From the NCBI RefSeq assembly GCF_004010195.1, contig NC_057728.1, forward strand, positions 54,453,724 through 54,473,723: a DNA stretch of 20,000 nucleotides, given 5' to 3'. How positions within the stretch are numbered: the stretch's first letter is position 1; each line of letters begins with the position of its first letter. The notes under the pieces are model-generated. The model was not told the DNA's origin. It saw nothing but the letters and a program-made list of their open reading frames with translations, and did not search any database. This DNA comes from Chiloscyllium plagiosum (Eukaryota). Below are positions 1 to 10,396 of this stretch, piece by piece. The position numbers and the translations under genes are program-made.

Positions 1-36
1 AGACTCTGTTCTCCAGCATCTGCAGTCCTCACTTTC
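1..36 (+). mobile_element. 3' tail of Penelope-like (family A) element, truncated by window edge
   Basis: CCAGCATCTGCAGTCCTCACTTTC matches the 3' end of the copy at 16605-16727 and resembles the end of 10397-10531. Confidence 0.75.
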
Positions 37-146
37 ACCACAGATAAGTGTGATGTTCATCTTAACTTACTGCTGAGTTATTGTATCTCTAAATCTGTAT
101 TCTTTTTTTAAACAGACATTAAGCTAAAGCTCAATCTCGCTAATCA

Positions 147-225
147 AGTGAATGCTAAAGATCCCATAGTGAAGAAGAGCAGGGAACTGTCTTGGTCAAC
201 TGTTCTCGTCAATGGTCCCTCAATT
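147..225 (+). mobile_element. Decayed Deu-domain SINE fragment
   Basis: AAAGATCCCATAG-TGAAGAAGAGCAGGGAA resembles the recalled Deu-domain core (AAAGATCCCATGGCACTATTT.GAAGAAGAGCAGGGGAG). Confidence 0.45.
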
Positions 226-1553
226 TGAAAAGTAGGAAGACAAATTGTATTAGCTGGCTGAGAAAATGGCACGCGGTATTTTAGTGTCATAGAGTCTAGT
301 GGTAAATGGTAAGGCCCAATGATCAGAATCGCTTGTAGGCTAATGATGAAAAGACAAAATCTTCTGAACTTAGAATTCCTAGATATGGTGAAGAGGGAAA
401 GGAGATGGAAATGCATTGTTTTGTCAAGATTTTGTCTATCTGCATTGTACGTCTTGGAATATTCTTAGCTGTGTGACAGGTTCAGGGCCATGTTGCGTAA
501 GGTTCTGAAAGGGTTAATGTTGGACCATGCATTAAGCTCTATCCAACCTGATGATGTCAGAAAAAGTTGGCTGGGGAATATCTTAGGATCTGCATGAGGA
601 CAGACCTGTTATCCTAGCTCCCCTCATCACCTGAGTAACAATGTCTAACAATGTAGCTTTTATTAGATTGCTATCATTCAATAAACTACACACTCTCTGC
701 TCAACCAGAATCTCTAGCGGTTTACCTCTACCAGTAAACCAACTAGGCCCTTAGACCCAGTAAAGGAAAGAAATGATGGTAAAAAACTGCAGCAACCATA
801 AGCTGGTTGCAGTTGGGATCCCAGCAGTTTACAACAGGCCCAGGCCTGGGTAGTGCCTGAAGACTGGACTGATGGAGTACTGTGGTATATAGGCTTGTAC
901 CCAAGCTTGAGCCTGGCTGTGGAGTAGATCGGAGCATGAGGTGAGCAAGGAGGTTCCCTGCTTGCCCTTCTTACCAAACGGGAGAAAACCTTGAAGAGCA
1001 GCCCAGCACAGGCCCAGATAGGGCGAGGACTGAAGAAGAATATTTTTTAGGAGCACGGGTTGGCATTTCATCTCACCACCACCCCATCACTGCCCACTGC
1101 ACCCTTCACCATGTGGCCCACTTTCTCCATGGCTTTCAGTGAGAAGGCAGAATGTATGAGGGGATTGTGACCAGAATGATCCAGGGCAGCAAAGCCTGTC
1201 CTTGTATCTCAATGACAACAAGCACACCACAGCTCAGAGAGCTGCTCACAGTGAAAGCATGTTGGAAGCAAAGTCCACAACAGATAAAAAGAATTAAGAA
1301 GTAAAGTGCGTGAGGAGGTCAGTGAGTTTAAATGGAGAGACAGATGAACAAACAAGAGCAAAAAATTCCCCTTTCTGTGCTGTTAGTGGGTCTTTTAAAA
1401 ATTATATTCTACAAGCAATAATGTGATCATTTATAAATTGGCTTTTGACAATAAAAAAATCTTTGTTCATTTTCTGCAGTGTAAAGTATGGAACTCTCCT
1501 ACTTAAATCAAAATGAACACTCTGCTTCTTTATAATTACAGACGTGTTTATTA

Positions 1554-1948
1554 CATAGAATTATATGCTGTCTACTGCACAGAAACGGCCCATTCACCTC
1601 AGCCAGTCTAGGCCAGTGTATATACTCACACCCCAGCCTCTTCATCCCACCCCTCTATTCCGTTTTCCCTCTTTGTTCTCACAGCTTCCTCTGAATGAAC
1701 CTATACTCTTCACCTCAACCACTCTGTGCAAGCTCCACATTCTAACTGCACTCTTGAGTAAAGAAAGTTATCTTCAACGTCCTGATTAAATTTATGAGTG
1801 GTTCGCAATTTTATAGCCTCCAGTGTTGATCATACCTCCCCCTCCACGAATGGAGCCATCTCGTAGACATCTACTCTATTGAACTCCTTCATAGTTTTGA
1901 AGACATCTATTGGGTCACTCCTCGGTCTTCTCTTTTTCAGAGAAAGGC
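1554..1948 (-). mobile_element. Old CR1 LINE 3' end
   Basis: Begins CATAGAA..ACTGCACAGAAACGGCCCATTC (reverse complement of a CR1 3' tail), followed by decayed RT C-terminal sequence (TCCACATTCTAAC..GAGTAAAGAA; TTCATAGTTTTGAAGACATCTATTGGGTCAC). Confidence 0.65.
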
Positions 1949-2251
1949 ATGAAGAAAACATGTACAGAACCGGAAAATGAGTTGCATTTTTGTGTCTTTA
2001 GATCTGTCACTCAGCCTAGCGGGTGCCTCAAGGACTATATGCTCCAGACTGATAGGCTTTGATCTTAGCCATGCACACATAGTTAACTGACAGCTCCAAA
2101 TGTAAACAATTCCAGCCAGCCTCTCAATAACATACTTCAGTAATTGCAGGTGTCTGCTATGTGTCCTTTGTATATTTGGTTCTAAAAGGAAAGTTCAGCA
2201 CTTAATTTAATGGAGTCAAGTGAGTGTCCACTGGGTTAGCAATTCCAGCTA

Positions 2252-2270
2252 ACACACACACACACACACA
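2252..2270. repeat. (AC)9 microsatellite
   Basis: Directly visible perfect AC run. Confidence 0.95.
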
Positions 2271-2343
2271 GTCTCACTCTCCAATGAACTCAGGATAAAC
2301 ATTTCCTTGTAATTGAAATTCCACACGAGCGATGCTTTGGATG

Positions 2344-2514
2344 GTACAGATGGAGGCCATCTGGCCCATTGAGTCAGCATTGGCCCTTCGAAGAACCCTG
2401 CAGAGCTTACCTAGCCCACAGATCCCTGGATAACGTGGGTAATTTAGCATGGTGAATCCACTTAATCTGCACACTTTTGGACTGTGGGAGGAAACCAGAA
2501 CACCCAGGGGAAAC
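2344..2514 (-). mobile_element. HE1-type V-SINE, 3' portion, diverged
   Basis: AATTTAGCATGG..CTGCACACTTTTGGACTGTGGGAGGAAACCAGAACACCCAGGGGAAAC aligns with the SINE copies at 4136, 12395 and 15199. Confidence 0.75.
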
Positions 2515-2545
2515 GGAAAAATTGGAATTCTCTCCCTTGTTTTGA

Positions 2546-2677
2546 AATTCCAGGTTTTCCTTGAGTTCAAATATCACCATCTGCCATGGTGGGATTTGAA
2601 CCCATATACCTGGAGCACTTGGTTGGAGCTCAGAGCTACTAGCCCAGTGACATTGCCACTACGCCAATATCTCCCCC
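2546..2677 (-). mobile_element. tRNA-derived SINE head
   Basis: Reverse complement reads GGGGGAGATAT-TGGCGTAGTGG (A box) ... GGTTCAAATCC (B box) CACCATGGCAGATGGTG. No full cloverleaf is present. Confidence 0.7.
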
Positions 2678-3332
2678 TAGTGATCCGGTGCATTCAGTTA
2701 CAAGACCAGGAAACCTAATCTGCTAATCTCTGGAACCAGCTAGAAGGATTATTTTTACATGTCCATGTTCCATTCACCGTTAAAGGTTGAAGGACCAGCC
2801 TATTAGTCATGGCGTTTGTTCTTAGAGCTATGTAACTAGATGTCGTATCTGTACATCTAGCTTACACCCTATACAATAATTCTTAGCTACACAGAGATGA
2901 AGGTAGTGACTACCGCTCATTAAAAACTCACTGATGTTTTATTTACGGAGGCAGAACAGGAAGAATAGCACACTCTGTGCAAGTAAAGTAAAATGTCTTT
3001 GTACTGGCACTGTAGTTGGATACAGTTTGCGTCAATAGCTTCACAAGATTGGCAAACAAATGCAAGATGTGTGCCAAGTGCTTTTCTATGAGGGTGTATT
3101 CGTTTAGAAGGCATACGTGTATAGTGTGTGATGTAAAATTAATCTGGTCAACTGTTGAACTGTGTTTCTGCAGACTGACGTGGGGAATAGGATTAGGACA
3201 CACCTTATCCTGGAGCTGTTAGTTAATTGTTAAGATTGGGAGTGGTGAACTGATTCCTTTACTTGTTCCACTCTTCTGCAGATCACAATAAAATTTGAAT
3301 CTAAACAGGGAAGTGATGTTGGCAATTATATA

Positions 3333-3533
3333 CAGTAGTCCCCCCCATACCTGCGGGGGCTACATTCCAAGACTTACCGCGGAAGCCCAAAACTGCGGAT
3401 ATGAGACATTTACCTTCCTGGCAGCCCCCTGGTCCCTGGTTCTGGAATGTTCCCTGCAAAACGTATGGACAATGGTAAACCACAGGTAACTGAAACAGCA
3501 GTAACAGGACCCGTGGATACGGGGATCATCCTG
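3333..3533. mobile_element. Tc1/mariner (Tigger/pogo-type) non-autonomous MITE, 201 bp
   Basis: TA|CAG...CTG|TA boundaries (TA at 3331-3332 and 3534-3535). Imperfect TIRs: CAGTAGTCCCCCCCATACCTGCGGG versus reverse complement CAGGATGATCCCCGTATCCACGGG. Confidence 0.8.
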
Positions 3534-4135
3534 TATATCAGACTATGTGTAGCTTAGTATCAGATACAAATTAGCCAGGCTCCTATAATAACAAAGAACA
3601 CATTCATTGCAAACAAAACTTACTCAGGCAAAGATGCAAAGAAAAATAAAAGGCTTAAACTCTGCGAAATTGGATTTGAAATGTTAATTTTGGTTTTCTC
3701 TGCACAAATGCTGTGTTTCTCCAAATACACAACTACTCTTCTTGAGAACTAAAACATCCTCTGAGCGTGGTAAGGAATATATAAAACTCTGCAGAGTGTT
3801 ATCCTTTATTATTAAGTGTCAAGCCCTTGGTAAGTTGTTTGCACTGGAAAGCAAGCCCCACTATTCCACAATTTGTGACAGATGTGGAAGCAACTGATTT
3901 AATAACGGTGATGGTTAATGTCTGACTGTGATTACTACCTCAAATAAAAGCAACTCACTTCAAGGTTCATTAAGAAACAGGAAAACAAAAACGTATTTTT
4001 TTTCAAACATATCCTCTGACAAATAACATAATAGCTCATTAATTACCAATATGTACATGTAGACTGCAGCCCTGTTAAATATAAACACATGAATTCACAA
4101 ATAGGACTGACAAATCAGATGAAACAAATAGTTTT

Positions 4136-4466
4136 CATAGAATAGAATCCCTACAATGTGGAAACTGGCCCTTTGGCCCTTCGGCCCAACAAGTCCACAC
4201 TGACCTTCTGAAGACTAACCCACCCAGATTCATTCCCCTACCCTATTTTCCTATATTTACTCCTGGCTAATGCAACCATACATCCCTGAACAGCATGGGC
4301 AATTTAGCATGGCCTTTTGTGGGAGGAAACCAGAATACCTGGAGCAAACCCATGCAGACATGGGGGAAATGTACAAACTCCACACAGATAGTCACCCAAG
4401 GCTGGAATCAAGCTGGGGTTCTTGGTGCTGTGAGGCAGCAGTGCTAACCACTGAGCCACTGTGCCA
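4136..4466 (-). mobile_element. HE1-type tRNA-derived V-SINE, near full length
   Basis: Reverse complement starts TGGCACAGTGGCTCAGTGGTTAGCACTGCTGCCTCACAGC, contains the V-domain GTGTGGAGTTTG..GGTTTCCTCCCAC, and ends in a CR1-like tail ..TGTAGGGATTCTATTCTATG. Confidence 0.9.
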
Positions 4467-5732
4467 TGCAAGAATATCATGGATGGAAAATACAGGCAAA
4501 AGGGAGCAAAGTCTGTGGATTAAGAGACAAGATCACAAGGAAATATTAGGTGCTTTCTCACTTTTTATTTTGGTTTTTGGCAATGACATATCCTTGTAAC
4601 CAACCATTGCAATTGTCAACTCAGTATCTGGTCAGTTGGACCTAGGTCTTTGTTTGAGTTGGAAGCTCATTTTATCCAAGGCTTTGAGTGTTTGCTTGAC
4701 AAAATTGCTGCTTAAGACCTATCGAAAATTTGTTACTCCATAGTTTATTTTTTATCAACTCAAAGGCACTTGGTGCCAATTAATCTCACAAGATTATCAA
4801 ATACAGTTTCTCCAAAAGTTTTAAATGAACACCACACAATTCCACTTTTGCTTTCGGTGAAAAAAAAACATTTTGTTTCTCTTTGCAACACAACAGTCCA
4901 AACTTTGTTTACAGTTTAAAATCCAAATAAGTGCTTGCATAAGTAACAATTAACTTCCGAAAACAATTATTCTCATTGTTAAATGCTGATCTGTGGCTAA
5001 AGTCATCCTACACACCTGCTGGTGACACCAGGATGCCTCCTTTGATCAGTTATGTCTGTCTGAAGTTGCCCTTCTGGAAACAGTGTTGTCGATTTTGAAT
5101 TTAGGAAACTTCCACTTATGGTGATGAGGTCTTCTAATGGATTCTCAGCTCAAACACTTTGATGAGAGAGATGTCAGAGAAAGGGGGAGACAGTAAGTGT
5201 TGTTGCTTCTTATAAGTTGCCTCTCTATGTTCAAATTCAGCAGTTTTATCACACCCACCAATCAGATCATGTAACCTCTTTCTGACTGTAAGGCAGAAAG
5301 TCAGTCAAGAAGATTGTGTTGTGTCCTTCTGGAACCAGTTTCCTTTGTCTTGCAAAGTATTTCTTCCAAAAGGTCCAACAAATCGATATATGTCCGGTCA
5401 ATAATATTTGAAATCAACATTACAGATAACAGAGCTTTATAACAGTGTCATTGTTGTAGAAAATATCTAATCCTGTGGCCAGGAATACTTACCTCAGAGC
5501 TTTGCTGGGTTCTTCCAGTTGGCAGTCATCAGAAAACAGATTTTCCCTTTCGATTAATTAGTTCCTTGAATAATGTTATGCTTATCATGGACTGTCCGTG
5601 TGGGAAATGGGAGCACTTACCTATTTCAACAACAGCAATAAGCTGGATCATACCATCAGTAAAACTGCCTGTTTCCATCTCATAACATTGCTGATTCTCA
5701 TCCTCATCTTCACTCACCTGTTGATGAAACAC

Positions 5733-5945
5733 AGGGCAGACTTTTCTGGTTCCCCCACCATCAGGTTTGCAGGGGGGAAGGAGATGTGTAAACTTATGCA
5801 GCTGACCTTCTCATACTCCCCCTCACATAACCTTTCCCCCAGCCTGTCCGCTACATAAAGTGGGGCAAGTAAACCTTTGGGTGATCTGCTTACCCACATC
5901 CATTTGAGGCTTTCAAGTGACCAATTATTGATTAATTTCTCCCCC
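5733..5945. repeat. Unclassified decayed interspersed repeat, related to 6945-7140
   Basis: CCATTTGAGGCTTTCAAGTGACCAATTATTG resembles CCGATTGAGGTCCTTGAGTGAATAACTAATG near 7094-7125, with a similar upstream layout. Confidence 0.35.
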
Positions 5946-6944
5946 ATCTCACAACCTCTGAATATATGCAGCCTTAAGCTAAAGGTTCTACATTCATTTT
6001 CATTTTCTTGACTTTCCCATTGTGCGATGATTTAGCCACACAATGAGCATGACTGTTGTTGACACAATGAGCACTATTTTCAGTTTGTAAGGTGACGTGG
6101 ATCAGCTAACATCAGATAGTTGACCACAATACACAGTCAAAACATTTCAAGATGTGTACTAAGTGGGGAGCAACTAATATTACACCATCACCTCACTATC
6201 CATGCTCTGTCTAGCAGAACATGTGATCTGTATTATCAAATCAATGATCATTACATGTTGAACAATGAAATGAGTTTTCACATTGTATCGCAGTATTTTC
6301 TTGCAACATCATTGGGGGGATTAACATCCCTAGCACAACATATGCTCTGAAGGTAAGCTTGAACAAATCTGTCCAGCAACCAATTCTCTAGCCATTCTGA
6401 TGAACAGGGTATTCTTCAAGGCAGAATAAAACAGAAGGAGATTCATGATGAGGGAGCAGGTACAAAACAGTGCACTAAAACTGTGCACTGAGCAGAGAGA
6501 GGCAGTTAGAAATACAAATACAAATACTTGGATATCAACAAAGGTTTCTGAAGTATGCAGCCAGCCCAGATCATAGGCAGTCATTACTGATCATGATGCT
6601 TTATTGCGAAGGGACTCAGTCGACAACAATCATGTAGGATAAGAGTGAAGAACGTTTCAAAGATGATGATTGTGTGGTGCTGTCGAAGGACAGCAGCCAG
6701 CGACAAGCCAAACAAGTTGTGAAAAAAGTAAAGTACATAGCAATGTGTGATTCTACAGATAGTTGAATGATCCCCAAATCATGATGAGTTATCAAACCTC
6801 CAAAGTGTTGACATTTGACATTTTAGTCTTAAAAACTCTGTTTTTCCTGTTTATAAGATTGTCAAGTTGACAACATGTGCCTATGGTAACCATGTATATC
6901 TTTTCTGGGATAAGATTTATTATTTGGTAAAAGCGGGATGTTGT

Positions 6945-7800
6945 CGCGAGGTATTTAATGTCCCCCATTTTGAGCTTGGTGATTGAGGGTGGGAGGCTGT
7001 AGATTTAATCAGATGGCAGCATGATGGTTTCCCACCTCTAATCTGACAAAATCACAGGTGAGACAGTCCATGAAGAATTTCCTGCCCTGTCACCGATTGA
7101 GGTCCTTGAGTGAATAACTAATGCCCACTTCAGGGTCTTGTCATGCGGAGCTTGATAAGCAAGCCTAGGCCTGTTGTCAGGGAATCAAGGACTGGTCAAA
7201 GGACCCAGAATCATGAAGGGGAGGCCCCAACAGAACAATGTACAAAGAAGATATACTAAGTCCAACTCATCTTGTATACTTCAAACTAGAGGTCCATACA
7301 AATAAGATGTTAATTTCCAAATGGGGCTGTTTATTTTACTGTTTTCCCATCTACTACATGGATAGGAAAGGTTTAGAATGATTTGGGGCAAATGCAGGGC
7401 AATGGGGTTAGCCTGATTGGACCTTTTGGTTGGTATGGACCGGTTTGGGCTGAAGGGCCTGTCCCTGTGCTGTAGGACTCTGTGATTCTATGACCTGCTC
7501 TTGCTGTCATCTCCCCTGGTCCTTGTGATCCCTACGATGTGAGGATCCCCGCTGTCCCCATTCCTTACCGTTGGCTTTGGTGACTGTGGAACTTTATGCC
7601 TCTGTTCCACGTAATTCCAGCAGACCCCACCGCCTCTCCAGTGGTACCACTGAGCAGCAGTGCTGCTGGCCTCGGATTGTTCAGCAGTCAGCAGCAGACA
7701 GGGATTTCTTATCTCTGACATTCCTTGAACCCACAAAAAGCCTGCCAAAGGCTTGTTAACCCCCTTAATTGGTTGTGTTTTCCCCTTTCATCAAAGAGGA
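6945..7800. repeat. Unclassified decayed palindrome-rich interspersed repeat, interrupted by a CR1 tail
   Basis: Decayed palindromes GAGGTCCTTGAGTG..CACTTCAGGGTCTT (~7099-7139) and CTGCTGGCC..GTTCAGCAG (~7663-7687). Boundaries are uncertain. Confidence 0.3.
7355..7494 (+). mobile_element. CR1 LINE 3' tail, heavily 5'-truncated
   Basis: TACATGGATAGGAAAGGTTTAG..GGGCTGAAGGGCCTGTCCCTGTGCTGTAGGACTCTGTGATTCTATGAC parallels 8515-8656. Confidence 0.8.
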
Positions 7801-7926
7801 GAGCACACAACACTCACTGTCTCTCCAGACAGCGGCCATGATGCTTCTTGCCTTTAAGAAATTTCACCTTTCCGCCACAGGCCCTGTAGTCTGGGGTGAG
7901 GATCTGCAAACCTCCAAGGTCTCCTC

Positions 7927-8656
7927 GGGAGTGTTGCTGAACAAAGAGACCTTGGAGTGCAGGTTCATAGCTCCTTGAAAGTGGAGTCACAGGTAGATAG
8001 GATAGTGAAGAAGGCATTTGGTATGCTTTCTTTTATTGGTCAGAGTATTGAGTACAGGAATTGGGAGGTCATGTTGCGGCTGTACAGGACATTGGTTAGG
8101 CCACTGTTGGAATATTGCGTGTAATTCTGGTCTTCTTCCTATTAGAAAGATGTTGTGAAACTCGAAAGGGTTCAGAAAAGATTTACAAGGATGTTGCCAG
8201 GGTTGGAGGATTTGAGCTTTAGGGAGAGGCTGAACAAGCTGGGGCTATTTTCCCTGAGCATCAGAGGCTGAGGGGTGACCTTATAGAGGTTTATAAAATC
8301 ATGAGGGGCATGGATAGGATAAATATGCCAAGTCATTTCCCTGGGGTCGGGGAGTCCAGAACAAGAGGGCATTGGTTTAGGGTGAGAGGGGAAAGATATA
8401 AAAGGGACCTAAGGGGCAAGTTTTTCATGCAGAAGATGATATGTGTATGGAATGAGCTGCCAGAGGAAGTAGTGGAGGCTGGTACAATTGCAACATTTAA
8501 GAGGCATTTGGATGGGTATATGAATAGGAAGGGTTTGGAGTATATGGCTCTGGTGCTAGCAGGTGGGGCTAGATTGGGTTGGGATATCTGGTCGGCATGG
8601 ATGGGTTGGACCGAAGGGTCTGTTTGCATGCTGTACATCTCTATGACTCTATGACT
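7927..8656 (+). mobile_element. CR1 LINE (HER1-like) 3' fragment: ORF2 C-terminus plus 3' UTR, disrupted
   Basis: Translates to RDLGVQVHSSLKVESQVDRIVKKAFGML..LYRTLVRPLLEYCV*FWS..LERVQKRFTRMLPGL..WNELPEEVVEAGTIATFKRHLD with stops and a frameshift. Ends in (CTATGACT)2. Confidence 0.95.
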
Positions 8657-9130
8657 GTTCTTATTGTTCACTCACCAACATGGATTTGGACCTGGCCTGC
8701 ACCAGAAATATTCAGACATGCGGAGGATGCCATTTTGGAACAAAAAGTACTTGCAACCACAAAAAGATTAACTGCTATGCATTAAAAATTTCGTGGCTGT
8801 GAATTCTGGGATCCATTGAAAGCACAGCATCTAAAGTGAAGGGAATTTAAACCAAGAGTGGTCAGAGTTTGGAAACAGCAAAGTGATTCTGAGTATAGCT
8901 AAAACAATTGATTTAAAGCTCAGATTCTGGTGTGTGTTGAGGATTAGTTACTGTTTCCTGTTTCATCTGGTTGCTATGTGTTTGATTCGGGATATATCGC
9001 ACTTTGAAAACAGTGACCTTTGCAAATGAATGCAAGGCACCGAAAGAGAAATAGATACTTTTTGAGGTAAAAGGAAAGAATTTAGTCTGAAATATGCTTT
9101 CTGCTTAAATGTTTAGCTTTGTAAGAGAGC

Positions 9131-9310
9131 AAGAAAAAACCTTGCTTTCCTGTCATGCTTTTCACACTCTCAGAATATCATAAAAAGAATTAGAGTCAAC
9201 CTGCACAACCACCTGATGAAGGAGCAGTGCTCCAAAAGCTAGTGCTTCCAAATAAACCTGTTGGACTATAACCTGGTGTTGTGTGATTTTTAACCTCAAC
9301 GAAATTATAC
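9131..9310 (-). mobile_element. Decayed Deu-SINE/L2-type 3' tail interrupted by a Penelope-like insert
   Basis: AAAAACCTTGCTTTCCTGTCATGCTTTTCAC..TTAGAGTCAAC|GAAATTA resembles the reverse complement of the tail at ~9860-9925. Confidence 0.35.
9201..9295 (+). mobile_element. Penelope-like (family B) terminal fragment with hammerhead core
   Basis: CAC-CTGATGA-A-GGAGC-AGT-GCTCC-AAAA-GCTA-GTG, then CTTCCAAATAAACCTGTTGGACTATAACCTGG. Flanked by TCAAC at 9196-9200 and 9296-9300. Confidence 0.8.
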
Positions 9311-9480
9311 AATTTCAATTTCAGGAGCTAATGTCTTCTCCAGCCTTATAACCCTCTGAAAATGCTACACTCGATTACATTAACACACCTCATTACAGGA
9401 TCAGATAAGCACCCTTTTAACACCCTAGTAGCTAGGATTTGTAGATCATGGTATCAAGTAGTCATCCCACCTCCCGGTCT

Positions 9481-9925
9481 GTCAGCTGTGACTCATTTGG
9501 TAGTAGTCTTGTCTCGGAGACATGAGATTCAATTCCCACTCCTGACGCCTAACCAGAAAATCCAATTTAATGCAGTAGTGGGGTGGGGTGGTGGTGGAGT
9601 GCTGCATTGTTGGAGGGACCTTTATGTGAATGTGCCATTAACCAGTGGCCCCACCTACTGTCTCCTGTGGATTTAAAGTACTGTATGACACTAATTTTAA
9701 GAAGTGCAAGGGTGAGCTCTTTAGTACCGTAAGCAACAGTTGTCCCTGAATGAACATGACTAATAAACTAGGCATTTATCTAATTGCTGTTTGTGGGACT
9801 CTGCTGAGTGAAAATAAACTGCCTTGCTTCCTACATTACAGCAGAGAGGAGACAATAATGATTCTTAATTTGTTGTAAGACACTTTGAGGCTGAGAAACA
9901 TTTGTATAAATATGCCTTCCTACTT
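9481..9925 (+). mobile_element. Deu-domain SINE (SacSINE1/AmnSINE1-like), roughly full length, diverged
   Basis: tRNA-like head (GTGACTCATTTGGTAG..GATTCAATTCCCACTCC), Deu-like core (GGAGTGCTGCATTGTTGGAGG; ATTGCTGTTTGTGGGACTCTGCTG; TTCCTACATTACA) and an L2-like tail (TGTAAGACACTTTGAG..TATAAATA). Confidence 0.7.
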
Positions 9926-9945
9926 CCCTCCCTCTCCATTCTTTT

Positions 9946-10017
9946 CACTAGCTGAAAGCTAGTGCTTCTAAATAAACCTGTTGGACTATAACCTGGCATT
10001 GTGTGATTTTTAACTTT
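9946..10017 (+). mobile_element. Penelope-like (family B) short fragment with 5' fold-back
   Basis: GAAAGCTAGTGCTTCTAAATAAACCTGTTGGACTATAACCTGGCATTGTGTGATTTTTAAC is nearly identical to 9234-9294. Confidence 0.8.
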
Positions 10018-10396
10018 CTCTGGAAGTGACAATTCTCATGGAGAGTCCAGTCAGATGCAAATTCATGGTTAGCTGCCTGGAGGACATGAAGAAAAGTGAC
10101 AGGGGTTTTGTTGGTTAGAAGAACTAACATATGTTTCTGCTGCTATTGATGTTTATCCTGGATAGTGTATCATTTCCCTGGTACTAGAGTAAAAGATGCC
10201 TTTGAACAGCTGTAGAGCCCCATCAATGGAGAGGGTGAACAGCTCGCAGTCATATTGATACTCAGAGAATAAGCAGACAGAGAGATGTGTTCCCTCAGTC
10301 AGAATATGGGCACTTGGGTAAAATATTAGCCAACAGGATCTCAAAAGTAACAATCTCTCAATTACACGCACATACAAGTGAATATAGAAATGGAAA

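Noticed and set aside
3282..3338. Good acceptor TCTTCTGCAG followed by ITIKFESKQGSDVGNYIQ*
   Set aside because: No convincing donor, and the frame runs into the MITE and stops.
4270..4599. 109-aa ORF, and similar ORFs at 12437-12661 and 15214-15426
   Set aside because: These are chance frames through HE1-type SINE sequence.
3875..5445. Possible long decayed LTR or endogenous retrovirus remnant (also 14505-14900)
   Set aside because: Only a compositional impression. No paired LTR, TSD, PBS or coding remnant could be shown.
8301..8654. 117-aa ORF as a host gene
   Set aside because: It is the CR1 ORF2 C-terminus plus UTR read-through inside a disrupted LINE.
8675..8773. Possible minus-strand exon (VNLFVVASTFCSKMASSACLNISGAGQVQIHV) ending at GTGAGT
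   Set aside because: Weak acceptor and unrecognised peptide, so this is expected by chance.
9238..10014. Near-identical ~57-bp direct repeats at 9238 and 9958 as LTRs or a CRISPR-like array
   Set aside because: They are independent dispersed copies of the family-B element. The first has its own TSD and the intervening DNA is largely an old SINE.
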